A stretch of 64,000 nt of DNA, taken from IMG/VR virus record IMGVR_UViG_3300031992_004571; one strand, given 5' to 3'. The notes under the pieces were generated by a model. The model ran no database searches. It saw only the letters and a list, made by a program, of their open reading frames with translations, and had not been told where the DNA came from. Each line of letters begins with the position of its first letter. Positions within the stretch are counted from its first letter, which is position 1. Both the position numbers and the translations under genes were made by a program. The stretch is from a virus. Shown one piece after another: positions 56,640 through 64,000 of this stretch.

Positions 56640-56690
56640 TAGGGTTTTTCCTTTCCAAAACTCACAGAAAATGTGTATATTTGCAATAGA
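56640..56690 (+). promoter_or_regulatory. Candidate Bacteroides sigma-ABfr promoter (-7 box TATATTTG at 56676-56683) for the lipoprotein gene
   Basis: Perfect TAnnTTTG ~45 bp upstream of the ATG. T-rich -33 region. Confidence 0.35.
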
Positions 56691-56729
56691 AAAAGAATAA
56701 TATTAGTAACAATTTAAAACGGTAAGATT

Positions 56730-57281
56730 ATGAAAAAGTTATTGATTTCAATCGTAAGCGTGATGGTCGCCATGAGCACCTTCGCACAGAGTAAGAATTT
56801 TGAGCCTGAGTACATCGGTCAGGTCGTAGTGATTAACGCTGACAGCACGACAACGCTGCTCCAGAAGGAACAGGCTGCTATGAAAACCAGCTCGTCGAAG
56901 TTTGGATACATCCCCATCCCTGGCAGTGGCCTGCTCGATAAGAGTAAGGTGAACCTCACCGTAAAGGGTGCAGAGTCAAAGACAATACTTCCGGAGGGTC
57001 GCCTGATATTCATCATCAAGACGGGAGATAACAACAAGGATCCAAAAGATGTGTTCGGTATCTTCCAGTTCGAGGTGAAGAAGAACAAGCGTCAGTATCA
57101 GCTGGCAGAAGCCGGTGTGCTGAGTGGAGTGAAATCCACTATGACATTCAACACCGTTCCGTCAGAGGCAAAGAAGTATGGTGAGGATTGTTATCTGGTA
57201 GTAATTGAGAACGCAGAACCAGGTCAGTATGCTATCATTACAACGGATATATCACAGGTTTCTACCTTTGGTGTTAAATAA
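56730..57281 (+). CDS. Lipoprotein/secreted protein (183 aa)
   Basis: Signal peptide MKKLLISIVSVMVAMSTFAQS. Confidence 0.5.
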   Translation: MKKLLISIVSVMVAMSTFAQSKNFEPEYIGQVVVINADSTTTLLQKEQAAMKTSSSKFGYIPIPGSGLLDKSKVNLTVKGAESKTILPEGRLIFIIKTGDNNKDPKDVFGIFQFEVKKNKRQYQLAEAGVLSGVKSTMTFNTVPSEAKKYGEDCYLVVIENAEPGQYAIITTDISQVSTFGVK

Positions 57282-57348
57282 CTCTCTTTAATAATATAAT
57301 AAGGTACGCGAGAAATGAAAATTAGGTCGGATTAAAAACAATATAACT

Positions 57349-57513
57349 ATGGGACTCTTATTATTTGGGTTACTGTTAATGGCGGCTTTTGGAGGTGACT
57401 CCAGCGGTAACAAAAAACATAAAAAACAAAAGAAAACCTACCGCCGCAGGGTTAGGAGAAGTGACTATACTGACGGTCTGGCTTGGTTCCACGATCACGG
57501 TCAGAGAATCTGA
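57349..57513 (+). CDS. Small basic ORF (54 aa), not in track
   Basis: MGLLLFGLLLMAAFGG + K/R-rich segment. Confidence 0.25.
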   Translation: MGLLLFGLLLMAAFGGDSSGNKKHKKQKKTYRRRVRRSDYTDGLAWFHDHGQRI

Positions 57514-57800
57514 TGATGAAGTGCAGACTGAGTAAGTGTAATGCACAGTGTTGCTATAACCTCGCTTTTGAGAATGGTGAACTGGAGCGTTTTAAGGATA
57601 AGATAGTCAATCCTGTGATTGATATTGTCTGGTTTGGTGGTGTGCGTCTGACGATTACATCAACGAACATGGATAGTAATAAATGTCCCTTCTTGCGTCG
57701 AGACTTCAAGTGTAACATCTACGAGAACCGTCCTGATGTCTGCAGAAAATTCGGAGAGATAGATAAACTACCTTGCAAATTTATGAAAAATAAAAGATAA
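57513..57800 (+). CDS. YkgJ-like Cys-cluster (Zn/Fe-binding) small protein
   Basis: CNAQCC...CPFLRRDFKCNIYENRPDVCRKF. Confidence 0.45.
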   Translation: MMKCRLSKCNAQCCYNLAFENGELERFKDKIVNPVIDIVWFGGVRLTITSTNMDSNKCPFLRRDFKCNIYENRPDVCRKFGEIDKLPCKFMKNKR

Positions 57801-57820
57801 ACAGATAAAACTTGTAATGG

Positions 57821-58372
57821 ATGAGTGCGACAAATTCCCTTCATTACCAACTTTGCTGTGAAGGAGCAAAATGGCTTCGTAACAAGAAAAACCGTGAACG
57901 CTGGCGCGGACACTGGAAGTATGTTTGGGTGGAGCCTGGTCTTGTTGGCGAAAACCCGGATATCTGGGCTTTTAATGGTGATGACACTATCTGTATTGAG
58001 GTAAAAACCTCACATGCTGATTTTGTGGCAGACCAGAAAAAGTGGTGGCGCAGGGCTGAAAATGACTCAAAAGTGGGAATGTTTCGTTATTATCTCGCTC
58101 CAAAGGGTGTTATTAAACCTGAAGAACTTCCGGAAGGGTGGGGTTTGTTGGAATGGGACGGTACTATTATTCGGGGTCGATTCCATATTGAGAAAATTAC
58201 CAGTCCAATGCAGATCTTTCCACCGTCACAGGGCGACCTTCATATTATCGGTTCGCTGTTGAGACGTGAAGGGCTGAAAGAGGGAATTTATAACTACCGC
58301 GGCCAGGCTACAACAATCAAACCTAAAACAGTTAACGGTGTTATTGTTAAAACAAAATATAAAAGGGAATGA
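57821..58372 (+). CDS. Putative PD-(D/E)xK-fold nuclease-like protein
   Basis: ...ENPDIWAF...ICIEVKTSHADF fits a D-x(n)-E-x-K arrangement. Confidence 0.35.
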   Translation: MSATNSLHYQLCCEGAKWLRNKKNRERWRGHWKYVWVEPGLVGENPDIWAFNGDDTICIEVKTSHADFVADQKKWWRRAENDSKVGMFRYYLAPKGVIKPEELPEGWGLLEWDGTIIRGRFHIEKITSPMQIFPPSQGDLHIIGSLLRREGLKEGIYNYRGQATTIKPKTVNGVIVKTKYKRE

Positions 58373-58483
58373 TTATGGAAGAGAAAATGAGACAGTGTTT
58401 TCACTTGATACAGGAAATTATCAGTGATGATCCAGATAAGTTTAACAATATGTCTGTAGAAGATTTTACCTTCTATCTTCTCG

Positions 58484-58825
58484 ATGAAATTCAAAAATAA
58501 GAAGCTTATGACAGAACAGATGAAACAAGCCTTGGAAAAGGCAGTAGTAGAAGATACTGGTAAAAAGAAAGATTATCCTATCAGTACACAGGATGCTTGT
58601 ATGCATGGTGCCTTGATATTCTTGTCCCTTCTTTGGAATCCGGCAAGTAAAAAGCCAGATCCAGGGCGGGAACTGATAATATTGAGTTCTAAGGGGATTA
58701 AGATATATCCAAATCCGTCAAATACCAAGATGGCTTGGGAGTTCTTTGTAAGAATATCCCACGTGGAAAAATGGGCATATTCAGAGGATATTCTTCCAAT
58801 GCAGGAAACGTCTGAAAAAGAATAA
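58484..58825 (+). CDS. Hypothetical protein (113 aa; alternative Met at 58508)
   Basis: ORF with no recognisable motif. Confidence 0.4.
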   Translation: MKFKNKKLMTEQMKQALEKAVVEDTGKKKDYPISTQDACMHGALIFLSLLWNPASKKPDPGRELIILSSKGIKIYPNPSNTKMAWEFFVRISHVEKWAYSEDILPMQETSEKE

Positions 58826-58829
58826 CACT

Positions 58830-59213
58830 ATGGATTTCGGACAGCCTCATAAGAATACTGTCTATGCTGAAAATCTTGATTTTGAGCAGGAACTTGACAG
58901 GGAACTGGAGAATGAAACATCTTGGGAAAAACGGGAACATCAGCGTTTTGTAAACTCGTGCCGTAAAGCAAAATGTAATATCACAACGATAAAGAGGTGT
59001 GAGAAAGAAATAGATCGACAGACATCCTCAATCCGTAAGAATATAGCGACGCTCGAATCCCAAATCAAGAACCTGGAAATACAAATTAGATATCGGAGTA
59101 CAGTTAAGAAGCAGAAAGAACTTGAAAAGGCTAAGAAGGAACTTGCATCTAAAAAACAACTCCTTGATAAGACTATCACAAGCATAAGCAAAGAAATATT
59201 CGGAAATATTTAG
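58830..59213 (+). CDS. Coiled-coil protein (127 aa)
   Basis: Heptad-like K/E region. Confidence 0.4.
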   Translation: MDFGQPHKNTVYAENLDFEQELDRELENETSWEKREHQRFVNSCRKAKCNITTIKRCEKEIDRQTSSIRKNIATLESQIKNLEIQIRYRSTVKKQKELEKAKKELASKKQLLDKTITSISKEIFGNI

Positions 59214-59220
59214 AATAATT

Positions 59221-59445
59221 ATGACACCGGAAGAGTATATTGAAAAGCTGAAGGAGGCGCAGCGCACCCTTGACAGCGTGAAAGAAGATCTTGACCGTGC
59301 CATCGACAGGATGCAGCGACGGATAGAGACGGGATATGAGAGTATGGAACAGGACAGCCGTCTGGCAGCTCTGGCAGGCCGCGAATACATAAAGTTAGCG
59401 GACAATAAAATCTATGAAACAGCAACGGCTAAAATTGAATATTGA
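59221..59445 (+). CDS. Hypothetical small protein (74 aa)
   Basis: ORF with no recognisable motif. Confidence 0.35.
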   Translation: MTPEEYIEKLKEAQRTLDSVKEDLDRAIDRMQRRIETGYESMEQDSRLAALAGREYIKLADNKIYETATAKIEY

Positions 59446-59476
59446 AAAAGACATCTAACAAATGTAAAGTATAGGA

Positions 59477-59725
59477 GTGTTTATGGATTATTCATCAGTG
59501 AAGAAGATTCCCTTTAAGGGATATGCAAGGGCATACGAGACAACGGTTAAAAAGTTGGTCACCGATCCCGACACAGGAAAAGAGGTGGTCAAGGAAGAAA
59601 AAATTATCCAATTCGGCGAGTTCGTCGAGAATAAGAAAAAGCTTCCCAATTATCACGAATATGCTGTATCTTCATCTAAGCATATCGGTATCGTAAAAGT
59701 TATGATAGAACCCGACGAAGATTAA
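59477..59725 (+). CDS. Hypothetical small protein (82 aa)
   Basis: ORF with no recognisable motif. Confidence 0.35.
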   Translation: MFMDYSSVKKIPFKGYARAYETTVKKLVTDPDTGKEVVKEEKIIQFGEFVENKKKLPNYHEYAVSSSKHIGIVKVMIEPDED

Positions 59726-59728
59726 ATC

Positions 59729-60487
59729 ATGAAGAAAGAGAACGTTATACAAAAGATCCAGAAGTTGCTGAAGTTACAGTATGGTGCTGAGAGCATCGGC
59801 AGCACCGGCGAGGCATTTCAGGCCGCGAAGATGGTGCAGAAACTGCTGATGGAGTATAACCTTTCCATGAGTGATATCGACACCTCAGACGGACAGGACA
59901 CCATGAAGATGGATAAGTCCATCGATATGTCCTCCAGCAGTAAGTTCGGCAATCGCTGGAAATTCCAGTTATTAGGCGTGATAGCCATGAATAATCTGTG
60001 CCAGGCATACAAAAGGATGGACAATAAGATGTTCGTGGTAGGCACGGAGGGCAATGTGACCATCGTGAAAGAGTTCTACGACTATCTGGTGAAGGTGTTT
60101 GTCAGACTGGCTGAAGAACACTGGATTGAAAGTCTTAAAGAACTGGAGAAAGAATATGGTCCACGGCTTCAAACAGAAGAGACCGATAAGATGATGGAGA
60201 AAGTAAGAAGAAAATATATCCGTTCATACTTGGAGGGTGTTCCCTTCGGCCTGCAGGAGAACTACGACAGTCTGAAACCTACGTCTGCAGAGACGGCACT
60301 GGCGGTATGTCATAAAGAGGCCATTGAGGATTATATTAACGATAATTTCCAATGGTCGGAGAAAAAGACGCGCAAGCGTACCCGCCATGTGTACGGCGAC
60401 GCCTACGACTTAGGCCATGCTGACGGTAAGAGTGTGAGTCTGAATAGACAGATAACCCAGAAGGTAACGGAAGGGTCCTTGTTTTGA
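59729..60487 (+). CDS. DUF2786-like protein
   Basis: N-terminus VIQKIQKLLKLQYGAESIGSTGEAFQAAKMVQKLLMEYNL matches the DUF2786 signature (KIRKLLALAE...EAAL..AQ.LM.KYNI). Confidence 0.5.
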   Translation: MKKENVIQKIQKLLKLQYGAESIGSTGEAFQAAKMVQKLLMEYNLSMSDIDTSDGQDTMKMDKSIDMSSSSKFGNRWKFQLLGVIAMNNLCQAYKRMDNKMFVVGTEGNVTIVKEFYDYLVKVFVRLAEEHWIESLKELEKEYGPRLQTEETDKMMEKVRRKYIRSYLEGVPFGLQENYDSLKPTSAETALAVCHKEAIEDYINDNFQWSEKKTRKRTRHVYGDAYDLGHADGKSVSLNRQITQKVTEGSLF

Positions 60488-60505
60488 CAGAAATAAATAT
60501 ATATT

Positions 60506-61042
60506 ATGGCAAAGAAAGTAAAAGACGCTTATAGCGAGATCCTGAGACTGAAAAATGAGTTCTACCAGAAATGGCAGGAGGTTCCTCAGTATGATGAGAA
60601 CAGGGACGCATACAAGGCGAAGTACGAGGCTTTCGACAAAGCCCTGGAGCTGCTGACACCTTCCATCGTGGATCCTCAGCCGAAAGATTCTGGTAAACTT
60701 ACTCACTCGGTGACCAAGATGAGTGACCAAGATGAGACTGTGAGCGACGATTTGAGGAAGTTCGCTGAAGAATGGGATGAATCCCTATATCGATCAGATG
60801 CTGTTATTGCCGGTGCAAAATGGCATAAACAGCAGATGATAAAGTCTGCCAAGTTATCTGGCTGGGTTGCCAGGGATGAAAACGGCTCCCTTCATTTGTT
60901 TGAGGTAGAACCCAGCAGAATAATGCATCGGTGGTGGGATAGGGATTACCATAGCACCACTCTTGATAAAAAAGATTTCCCAGATTTGGAATGGGAAGAT
61001 GAACCTGTTTATGTTAAATTACCAATTATTGTGGAGGATTGA
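60506..61042 (+). CDS. Hypothetical protein (178 aa)
   Basis: ORF with no recognisable motif. Confidence 0.4.
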   Translation: MAKKVKDAYSEILRLKNEFYQKWQEVPQYDENRDAYKAKYEAFDKALELLTPSIVDPQPKDSGKLTHSVTKMSDQDETVSDDLRKFAEEWDESLYRSDAVIAGAKWHKQQMIKSAKLSGWVARDENGSLHLFEVEPSRIMHRWWDRDYHSTTLDKKDFPDLEWEDEPVYVKLPIIVED

Positions 61043-61058
61043 AAAGAAATATATAAAT

Positions 61059-61406
61059 ATGGATAAAATTATAACCAACATTACCATCGGAAACTGGTAT
61101 CTGGTAAGGGGTAAACCTACGAAGATAACTTCGGCAAATGTAATATGGGCGTTTCGGGATGGATGCTTCCCGTTGCCTTTAACTGATGATATTCTAAAGA
61201 AATTTGGTTTTAGTCGGGAAGGCGGTGCAAGTTATTGGCATGACGGTGAACACGACGCTTGCATCTTATACTGGAACAAAGATAAAACTGAGTTAATAGT
61301 CAGTAATAGTGAGGTGACTCCACAAATAAGACTCAATATCCGTTTCGTTCATCAACTACAGGATGCCATGAGATTGGTGGGGGTTAATAAAGAAATAGAA
61401 TTATAA
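61059..61406 (+). CDS. Hypothetical protein (115 aa), paralog of 53804-54226
   Basis: ATG at 61059. MDKIITNITIGNWYL... and IRFVHQLQDAMRLVGV. Confidence 0.45.
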   Translation: MDKIITNITIGNWYLVRGKPTKITSANVIWAFRDGCFPLPLTDDILKKFGFSREGGASYWHDGEHDACILYWNKDKTELIVSNSEVTPQIRLNIRFVHQLQDAMRLVGVNKEIEL

Positions 61407-61410
61407 TAAT

Positions 61411-61668
61411 ATGGCAAAGAAAGTTATATACCTTCCTAATAGTGAACAGGCAGCACAGTTAATGGAAAATGCCTGGCAAGATTTCGCCGTTCAGATGAAA
61501 GAGAACGGTATGAACTTTGATGGTACAAAGGTGGCAGGATTACTGAAGGATATATTTATGTCTGGGTATTCTTACGGTCATAATGACTGTCTTACAATCA
61601 TCCGCGACCAAATGGAGGTCGATGATCTTGCAAAATATGCAAATTTGCTTGGGCAAAGAGAATCTTAG
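61411..61668 (+). CDS. Hypothetical protein (85 aa)
   Basis: ORF with no recognisable motif. Confidence 0.4.
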   Translation: MAKKVIYLPNSEQAAQLMENAWQDFAVQMKENGMNFDGTKVAGLLKDIFMSGYSYGHNDCLTIIRDQMEVDDLAKYANLLGQRES

Positions 61669-61692
61669 AAAAAAGGAAATGGTGGTTAAGAT

Positions 61693-61935
61693 ATGAAATG
61701 TCCCGTATGTAATGGCATCGGTCAGGTGGATAACCCAAGATACTACCGACACTCTGCAAGTTGGTCCTGGGAGCATGATATCCCATCAAGGATAACATGC
61801 AGAAAGTGCGGAGGGATCGGTTATATCATCGGTAACATGGCTGACATAGTAGAACGCCTGAAATGTGCGGCAAACGGTGTCACCATTACAACAAGGGAGG
61901 CAAAACAGATGTATGAAGCAATAATAAAATATTAG
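61693..61935 (+). CDS. Zinc-ribbon small protein (80 aa)
   Basis: CPVCNG...CRKCGG. Confidence 0.4.
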   Translation: MKCPVCNGIGQVDNPRYYRHSASWSWEHDIPSRITCRKCGGIGYIIGNMADIVERLKCAANGVTITTREAKQMYEAIIKY

Positions 61936-61938
61936 AGT

Positions 61939-62094
61939 ATGGCAGTATATGAATTGATTCAATACGCCTGTGATAACTGCGGTAAGTTGTCAGCAGTGCA
62001 GGATCCAGATAAGGGCATTCCCAAAGGGTGGGTGTTCGGTGAGAACCACCGCATCTGCTATTGTCCTGAATGTGCAAAAAAGTTAGGAATTTGA
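61939..62094 (+). CDS. Zinc-ribbon small ORF (51 aa), not in track
   Basis: CDNCGK...CYCPEC. Confidence 0.3.
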   Translation: MAVYELIQYACDNCGKLSAVQDPDKGIPKGWVFGENHRICYCPECAKKLGI

Positions 62095-62192
62095 TATACA
62101 CCTTTACCGGTGGTCAAAAAGGTGGTCAAATGAGTGGTCAAAAGTGTATAAAAACGACGAATTTACGAAGTAGGATTTAAATATACAAAATT

Positions 62193-62549
62193 ATGGCAAA
62201 TAGAAGATTCAAGGTCAAGGTGACCGTAGAAGCGGATTTTGAGATTGTCGTTGATGATGAAATCTTCAATGAGAAACTGGCCGACGGCATTTCCGACGGT
62301 TTCCACCCGATTGATTACGATGAAGACAAACCAGCTATACAGGCTCTTGTAGAGGATGTTGCAGAGTTGTATCTACGTACCGATGGGGACGGTGATAAGA
62401 TGGAACCATACGGAGCTATCGCTGAAGAAGGTAATAAGTACCAGGAAGAAATGTCTCATCAAGAAAAATCACCGTACTGTGGAGGTGTTACCATTAAACG
62501 CATCGGTGAGGATTATGTTGAAGTTGAATCTGAAGAAATGAAGAATTAA
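62193..62549 (+). CDS. Strongly acidic small protein (118 aa, ~30% D/E), candidate DNA mimic
   Basis: Composition read directly from the sequence. Confidence 0.4.
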   Translation: MANRRFKVKVTVEADFEIVVDDEIFNEKLADGISDGFHPIDYDEDKPAIQALVEDVAELYLRTDGDGDKMEPYGAIAEEGNKYQEEMSHQEKSPYCGGVTIKRIGEDYVEVESEEMKN

Positions 62550-63263
62550 ATGATAACAACAGGTACGAGACATCTGAAGGATATTACCGATGATGAGTTG
62601 GCAACACTGGTTGAGTTGTCGGGAGAATGGGGTGTGAAGAAATTCTGGGGTGACATCAAAATCACAGAAATTGATCGCCTGATGTTCGACAATACTATTT
62701 GTATTGACTACGAGCAGGATCGTATCAGGGATGGCGAGAAAGCAACATCTACAATGTTTTTCAATTATAACGAACTATCCTATCATGTTGCCCATCACTA
62801 TCCCTATGAGCGTATGGGTGATTGTCATTCCGTCTGTGAGAGAACACAGATGTTTCTCTGGCTTTTGGAACAGGATTTCAACGTTCTTGAAATGCTAACA
62901 CACGCGCCTGTTGATCCAAAGGGTAGTATGTCATATTTTACCTGTGGATATGTTGTTGGTAATATACATACGGACTGGTTCGATTTTGAACACGCTAAAT
63001 ACTTTGGAGTTGAAAACAAGAAAGATGCTAAAGAATATCTTGAAAAGGAAAAATCTGAAGGTCGTCGGCATCGGCTGTATCGCCTAATAGATGACAATCT
63101 TCATGAAGAAAACAACAACTGGCGTAACAATGAAGGTATCGAGGAACTTGCAAAGTTCATCCGGGGACACCTGACAGAGATACCAGAGAATGCCCAGAAG
63201 GAGTTTGAACGTATCTATACTAAGACTACAGGCAAGAAAATGTACGGAGGATTTAAAGATTGA
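62550..63263 (+). CDS. Hypothetical protein (237 aa)
   Basis: ORF with no recognisable motif. Confidence 0.4.
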   Translation: MITTGTRHLKDITDDELATLVELSGEWGVKKFWGDIKITEIDRLMFDNTICIDYEQDRIRDGEKATSTMFFNYNELSYHVAHHYPYERMGDCHSVCERTQMFLWLLEQDFNVLEMLTHAPVDPKGSMSYFTCGYVVGNIHTDWFDFEHAKYFGVENKKDAKEYLEKEKSEGRRHRLYRLIDDNLHEENNNWRNNEGIEELAKFIRGHLTEIPENAQKEFERIYTKTTGKKMYGGFKD

Positions 63264-63266
63264 GTT

Positions 63267-63653
63267 ATGGCGAAAGTAGAAATATACAAAGGGTTTTGGA
63301 CAAGAGAACAGGTAGCCCACCAACAGGATAAGGTTTTCTTATTTGGTGATAACACCTATGACAGGACAAAAACCCACTATATCCCAAGTATGACTCAGGC
63401 AGTCATAAGGGGACTACCTAATGCTATCGGGATAGACACCAAGAAAAACAGGTGGAAATCAGCAGATTCTTATTTCAGTGACGAAGACTTTGAAATGTTC
63501 AAGGCTCAGGTAGATGCTGCCATTGCCCAAGCAAAAGCATCTGGTAAGATCATTGTCATTCCTGCTGACGGCATCGGTACTGGCAAGGCGGTGCTGCAGG
63601 AAAAAGCCCCTCGATGTTTCGAGTATTTACAGTCAGAATTACAAAAATTGTAA
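63267..63653 (+). CDS. Hypothetical protein (128 aa)
   Basis: ORF with no recognisable motif. Confidence 0.4.
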   Translation: MAKVEIYKGFWTREQVAHQQDKVFLFGDNTYDRTKTHYIPSMTQAVIRGLPNAIGIDTKKNRWKSADSYFSDEDFEMFKAQVDAAIAQAKASGKIIVIPADGIGTGKAVLQEKAPRCFEYLQSELQKL

Positions 63654-63664
63654 CATAGAGGATT

Positions 63665-64000
63665 ATGGCAACAAAAACAAATCCTGATAAGGAAATGTGG
63701 GAGAAAACCGGTTTTCCGAACTATCCTAAATATGAATATGTGCCGTTGCCTAAAGAGGTGGCACGTATGTTAAAACGTAAATATAAGGACTATGTACTGA
63801 TGTCCTACTATTGGACGGACGATAAAGGTGCAAAGGTGGCATTCCTTGAATATATTTCTTATGATGGTATGAACGTCCATCGCGGCCCTGGCTATTGCTG
63901 TAACCGCATCGATGACCCTGCTATGTGGAGTCTGGTGGCAAGGTCACTGGCAATGGATAATATACAACTTCAAACAAGAACCTTCAAGAAAGAATTATGA
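63665..64000 (+). CDS. Hypothetical protein (111 aa)
   Basis: ORF ending at the window edge. Confidence 0.35.
   Translation: MATKTNPDKEMWEKTGFPNYPKYEYVPLPKEVARMLKRKYKDYVLMSYYWTDDKGAKVAFLEYISYDGMNVHRGPGYCCNRIDDPAMWSLVARSLAMDNIQLQTRTFKKEL

Overview
This 64 kb window lies entirely inside a Bacteroidales-type integrative conjugative element (CTn-like; roughly 43% GC, almost no Shine-Dalgarno use, Bacteroides-style TAnnTTTG promoter boxes). I found no rRNA, tRNA or CRISPR array. Positions 1-13054 carry a minus-strand type IV secretion 'tra' operon in the canonical CTnDOT order: a traD-like gene, two traE paralogs, traF, a VirB4-type traG, then traI/J/K/L/M and the start of traN. An unusual 855-aa secreted coiled-coil ORF and a 248-aa secreted ORF sit between traG and traI. 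The remaining ~50 kb is an accessory island, with these main components:
- **Replication genes:** a dnaN-like sliding clamp preceded by 9-bp tandem iterons, an SSB, a TOPRIM primase and a tandem pair of DUF4373 replication-initiator-like genes.
- **Minus-strand block (20063-42608):** three orphan DNA methyltransferases (a T1-type Dam, a D12-class Dam and a Dcm), an SplB-like radical SAM protein, a nucleoside 2-deoxyribosyltransferase-like protein with a Cys-rich tail, a TrpF-like barrel, an ASCH protein and a flotillin/SPFH operon. It also holds an unusual regulator that combines an HTH, a sigma-70 region-4-like segment and an RpoA alphaCTD-like segment.
- **Mobility and partition genes:** a tyrosine integrase preceded by five GTTGAGA direct repeats, RadC, a PAPS-reductase-like protein, ParA with an RHH partner, an orphan receiver-domain protein and a DUF2786 protein.
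- **Small-ORF arrays:** four unidirectional plus-strand arrays of small ORFs of unknown function.

The most striking signal is a family of conserved noncoding modules. R1 (~190-390 bp) occurs four times, always on the same strand, each copy immediately 5' of a plus-strand gene array. The cores of copies B and D are identical except for one substitution (ctcttta vs ctcctta) across ~165 bp, and reading frames through R1 are not preserved between copies. R2 (~286 bp) occurs twice, each copy ~250-400 bp upstream of an R1 copy and followed by a terminator-like hairpin. The gene content (orphan MTases, SSB, RadC, small acidic proteins) resembles the anti-defence 'leading region' islands of conjugative elements, where strand-specific ssDNA promoters or leader RNAs of this kind would make sense. 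All functional calls rest on motif recognition and gene context without database searches, and coordinates may be off by 1-3 nt.
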